Assembly: GCA_964436165.1 (NCBI GenBank)
Contig: CAYTBY010000001.1
Span: 73,452-137,451, forward strand
Direction: 5' to 3'
Length of the DNA stretch: 64,000 bases
Source: an uncultured Candidatus Saccharibacteria bacterium
Lineage (GTDB): Bacteria; Patescibacteriota; Minisyncoccia; 2-02-FULL-40-12; GWA2-44-9
Both the position numbers and the translations under genes were made by a program. Under the pieces are notes generated by a model that saw only the letters and a list, made by a program, of their open reading frames with translations, searched no databases and had not been told where the DNA came from. This document shows positions 62,822-64,000 of the stretch, piece after piece; within the stretch, counting starts at the first letter, position 1; each line of letters opens with the position of its first letter.

Positions 62822-63268
62822 ATGTCCTTCTTTAAACGCAACTCATTTTCTGAAAAACGACCTAATCCGGCGGTGTTTTGGGTCATGATAATTATTCTCC
62901 TGTTGTTATTGGCCGGTTCGGTTAAAATGTTGGGCCGGTCAGATGATTTGGCGGCCAAAGTGCCGGCTCCGACACCTACCGAGAGCCGGGAACCCAGATT
63001 CTATACAGTTTCATATAAAAGCGGAGTTTTTAGTCCGACTAATTTGAGGATACATGCCGGCGATACGGTTAGATTTAAGAATGACGGTTTCTTCAGCATT
63101 CGGGTCATTTCCGATCCGCAAGTAGGGAGCAATAAAATCCCTTTGTTCGATAGTGTCGGCGATATACCCCAGGGCAGTTATTTTTCTTATACATTCGCCG
63201 AAAAAGGGATATTCGGTTATCATAATAGCAAGGACCCCGAAGAACAGGGGAGTATTATTGTAAGATAA
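62822..63268 (+). CDS. Membrane-anchored hypothetical protein (possible cupredoxin-like beta-sandwich)
   Basis: N-terminal TM. C-terminal …RIHAGDTVRFKNDGFFSIRVIS… is a beta-rich pattern. No metal-ligand Cys. Confidence 0.35.
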   Translation: MSFFKRNSFSEKRPNPAVFWVMIIILLLLLAGSVKMLGRSDDLAAKVPAPTPTESREPRFYTVSYKSGVFSPTNLRIHAGDTVRFKNDGFFSIRVISDPQVGSNKIPLFDSVGDIPQGSYFSYTFAEKGIFGYHNSKDPEEQGSIIVR

Positions 63269-63274
63269 ATTTCC

Positions 63275-63559
63275 GTGAAGAACCCCATTACATTTCGTGT
63301 CGAGTCATCTCTGGGGGCGGTATTTATATCGCTTCTGGCTTTCTTTTTTATTGGTTTGATGTTTATCGCCGTAAAAAACTTTGAGACCGATATTGATATT
63401 ATGACCGCTACCTCTGGCGGCAGTAAAATAACCCATCTTTCAGAATCAGAAAGATCGCTTATCTTGGAATGGGTTGAAAATAAAAATGTTGAGATTCCGG
63501 AAAGCAGCGGATATAAATATCTGGTGAGGAAATATCCCGATAGGCCTTGGCTGGACTAG
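63275..63559 (+). CDS. Small membrane-anchored hypothetical protein
   Basis: 94-aa ORF; TM AVFISLLAFFFIGLMFIAV. Confidence 0.35.
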   Translation: MKNPITFRVESSLGAVFISLLAFFFIGLMFIAVKNFETDIDIMTATSGGSKITHLSESERSLILEWVENKNVEIPESSGYKYLVRKYPDRPWLD

Positions 63560-63565
63560 AGAAGC

Positions 63566-63600
63566 TAGTAGTATGTAGTATGTAGTGGGTAGTAAGGAAA
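63566..63600. repeat. Intergenic short tandem repeat (TAGTA units)
   Basis: ctagtagtatgtagtatgtagtgggtagtaagg. Confidence 0.5.
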
Positions 63601-63607
63601 ATAAAGA

Positions 63608-64000
63608 ATGACTTTAAGATTAAATTTATTTTGGAAAGAGGTCGTTTTATTCGGCTTAACCCTGTTATTGGGTATTTTTTCTGCTTACAACTATACGCCG
63701 CTTATAGAAAAAAGCATTATCGAACCGTCGTCATTCTCCTGGGACAGCATCGTTATTTTTCTTATTTTTGCCGCCATATTTTCGCTAGTTGTTTTGAAAT
63801 TCAAGCGGATCGGCGCGGTTTCTTTCAGGTTTCTTCTTCTGCTGGTTGTTTTTTCCGGTTCTCAGACTATTTTTGGTTCTATTTTAGCCTCTCCCTGGGA
63901 TTTATTTACGGCTCTTCTGATGGTGTTTATTTTTATGTCCGTTAAAAATGTTCTTATCCATGATTTGGGGATGGTTCTGGGTATTGCCGGAATTTCGAGT
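63608..64000 (+). CDS. Polytopic membrane protein, 3'-partial (runs off window end)
   Basis: ATG 63608 gives MTLRLNLFWKEVVLFGLTLLLGIF… with at least 4 TM segments. The listed ORF 63631-63945 is in another frame of the same region. Confidence 0.45.
   Translation, partial: MTLRLNLFWKEVVLFGLTLLLGIFSAYNYTPLIEKSIIEPSSFSWDSIVIFLIFAAIFSLVVLKFKRIGAVSFRFLLLLVVFSGSQTIFGSILASPWDLFTALLMVFIFMSVKNVLIHDLGMVLGIAGISS

Overview
The 64-kb window is AT-rich and densely coded. Both strands carry core genes: secA (5'-partial), secD and secF, a murF-ddl-aspS-dacA-mraY-(ABC exporter)-ftsW cell-wall cluster, pepA, uvrB, ruvA, rpsT, a DEAD-box helicase, a Mur ligase and tRNA-Lys(UUU). The many small or unassignable proteins, the FemAB-like gene and the overall gene content suggest a small-genome lineage such as CPR/Patescibacteria; this is an inference, not a demonstration. 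Accessory content includes a Phd/RelE toxin-antitoxin cassette with a GNAT pseudogene bounded by about 45-bp direct repeats, and a class II Fic protein. Two PD-(D/E)xK nucleases flank a wHTH regulator. A GC-rich island of about 6.6 kb (19.1-25.7 kb) carries coiled-coil and secreted proteins plus an ABC importer whose binding protein is fused to an OmpA domain. There is also an operon with a TraD/VirD4-like ATPase, a dGTPase-like HD protein, a PaaX-like regulator flanked by palindromic operators, and a protein that fuses a HIGH nucleotidyltransferase to a diadenylate-cyclase-like domain. The most unusual signal is recurrent: short GC-rich palindromic or MITE-like elements and tandem heptamers sit in frame inside essential genes (uvrB, the Mur ligase, aspS, secA, a sigma-region-4 gene). 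A conserved 20-bp inverted-repeat pair abuts the start codons of two genes, and a roughly 375-nt highly structured, terminator-bounded non-coding region lies upstream of the Mur ligase. Coordinates are hand-derived and may be off by 1-2 nt.
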